In this document: piece by piece, positions 15,288-15,357 of the stretch
Position numbering within the stretch: position 1 is the first letter of the stretch
Layout of the letters: each line of letters begins with the position of its first letter
Origin: a virus
DNA length: 15,357 nucleotides
UHGV virus genome: UHGV-1775856
Reading direction: 5' to 3' (one strand)
Program-made: the position numbers and the translations under genes
The notes under the pieces: generated by a model
Databases searched by the model: none
What the model was told of the DNA's origin: nothing
Seen by the model: only the letters and a program-made list of their open reading frames with translations

Positions 15288-15357
15288 CTGTCTCTTATAC
15301 ACATCTCCGAGCCCACGAGACCGGAGCCTATCTCGTATGCCGTCTTCTGCTTGAAAA
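15288..15357 (+). other. Illumina Nextera adapter read-through (sequencing artefact, not biological)
   Basis: CTGTCTCTTATACACATCT (Tn5 mosaic end, 15288-15306), then CCGAGCCCACGAGAC, an 8-nt index-like CGGAGCCT (15322-15329), then ATCTCGTATGCCGTCTTCTGCTTG (P7), then AAAA. Confidence 0.93.

Overview
This window reads as a segment of a P1-family temperate phage-plasmid, in reverse orientation relative to the usual P1 map. Left to right: a 5'-truncated putative lipoprotein gene and a 130-aa ORF; a plasmid origin (perfect DnaA box, five GATC sites in 57 bp, five 21-bp-spaced direct iterons); repA; a second, mixed-orientation iteron field (incA-like); an 810-bp gene for a T5orf172/GIY-YIG-like protein; parA-parB-parS, which I recognise from memory as essentially P1 ParA (398 aa), ParB (333 aa) and the parS box A/box B centromere; a co-directional virion-structure operon (575-aa protein, tail-sheath-like 529-aa protein, an acidic protein with a poly-basic tail, and two small proteins) closed by a strong terminator; a 210-aa gene with its own promoter and a C1-operator-like site; then on the minus strand the P1-type lytic replicon and immI end (icd, ant, C1 operator, kilA, repL). 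The last 70 bp (15288-15357) are an Illumina Nextera adapter read-through, so the contig end is a library artefact. The most notable departures from canonical P1 are the T5orf172-domain gene sitting between the iterons and the par promoter, and a RepA/iteron set that looks divergent from P1 IncY. No rRNA, tRNA, CRISPR array or IS element was seen. All similarity statements come from reading the translations and recalled motifs; no searches were run.
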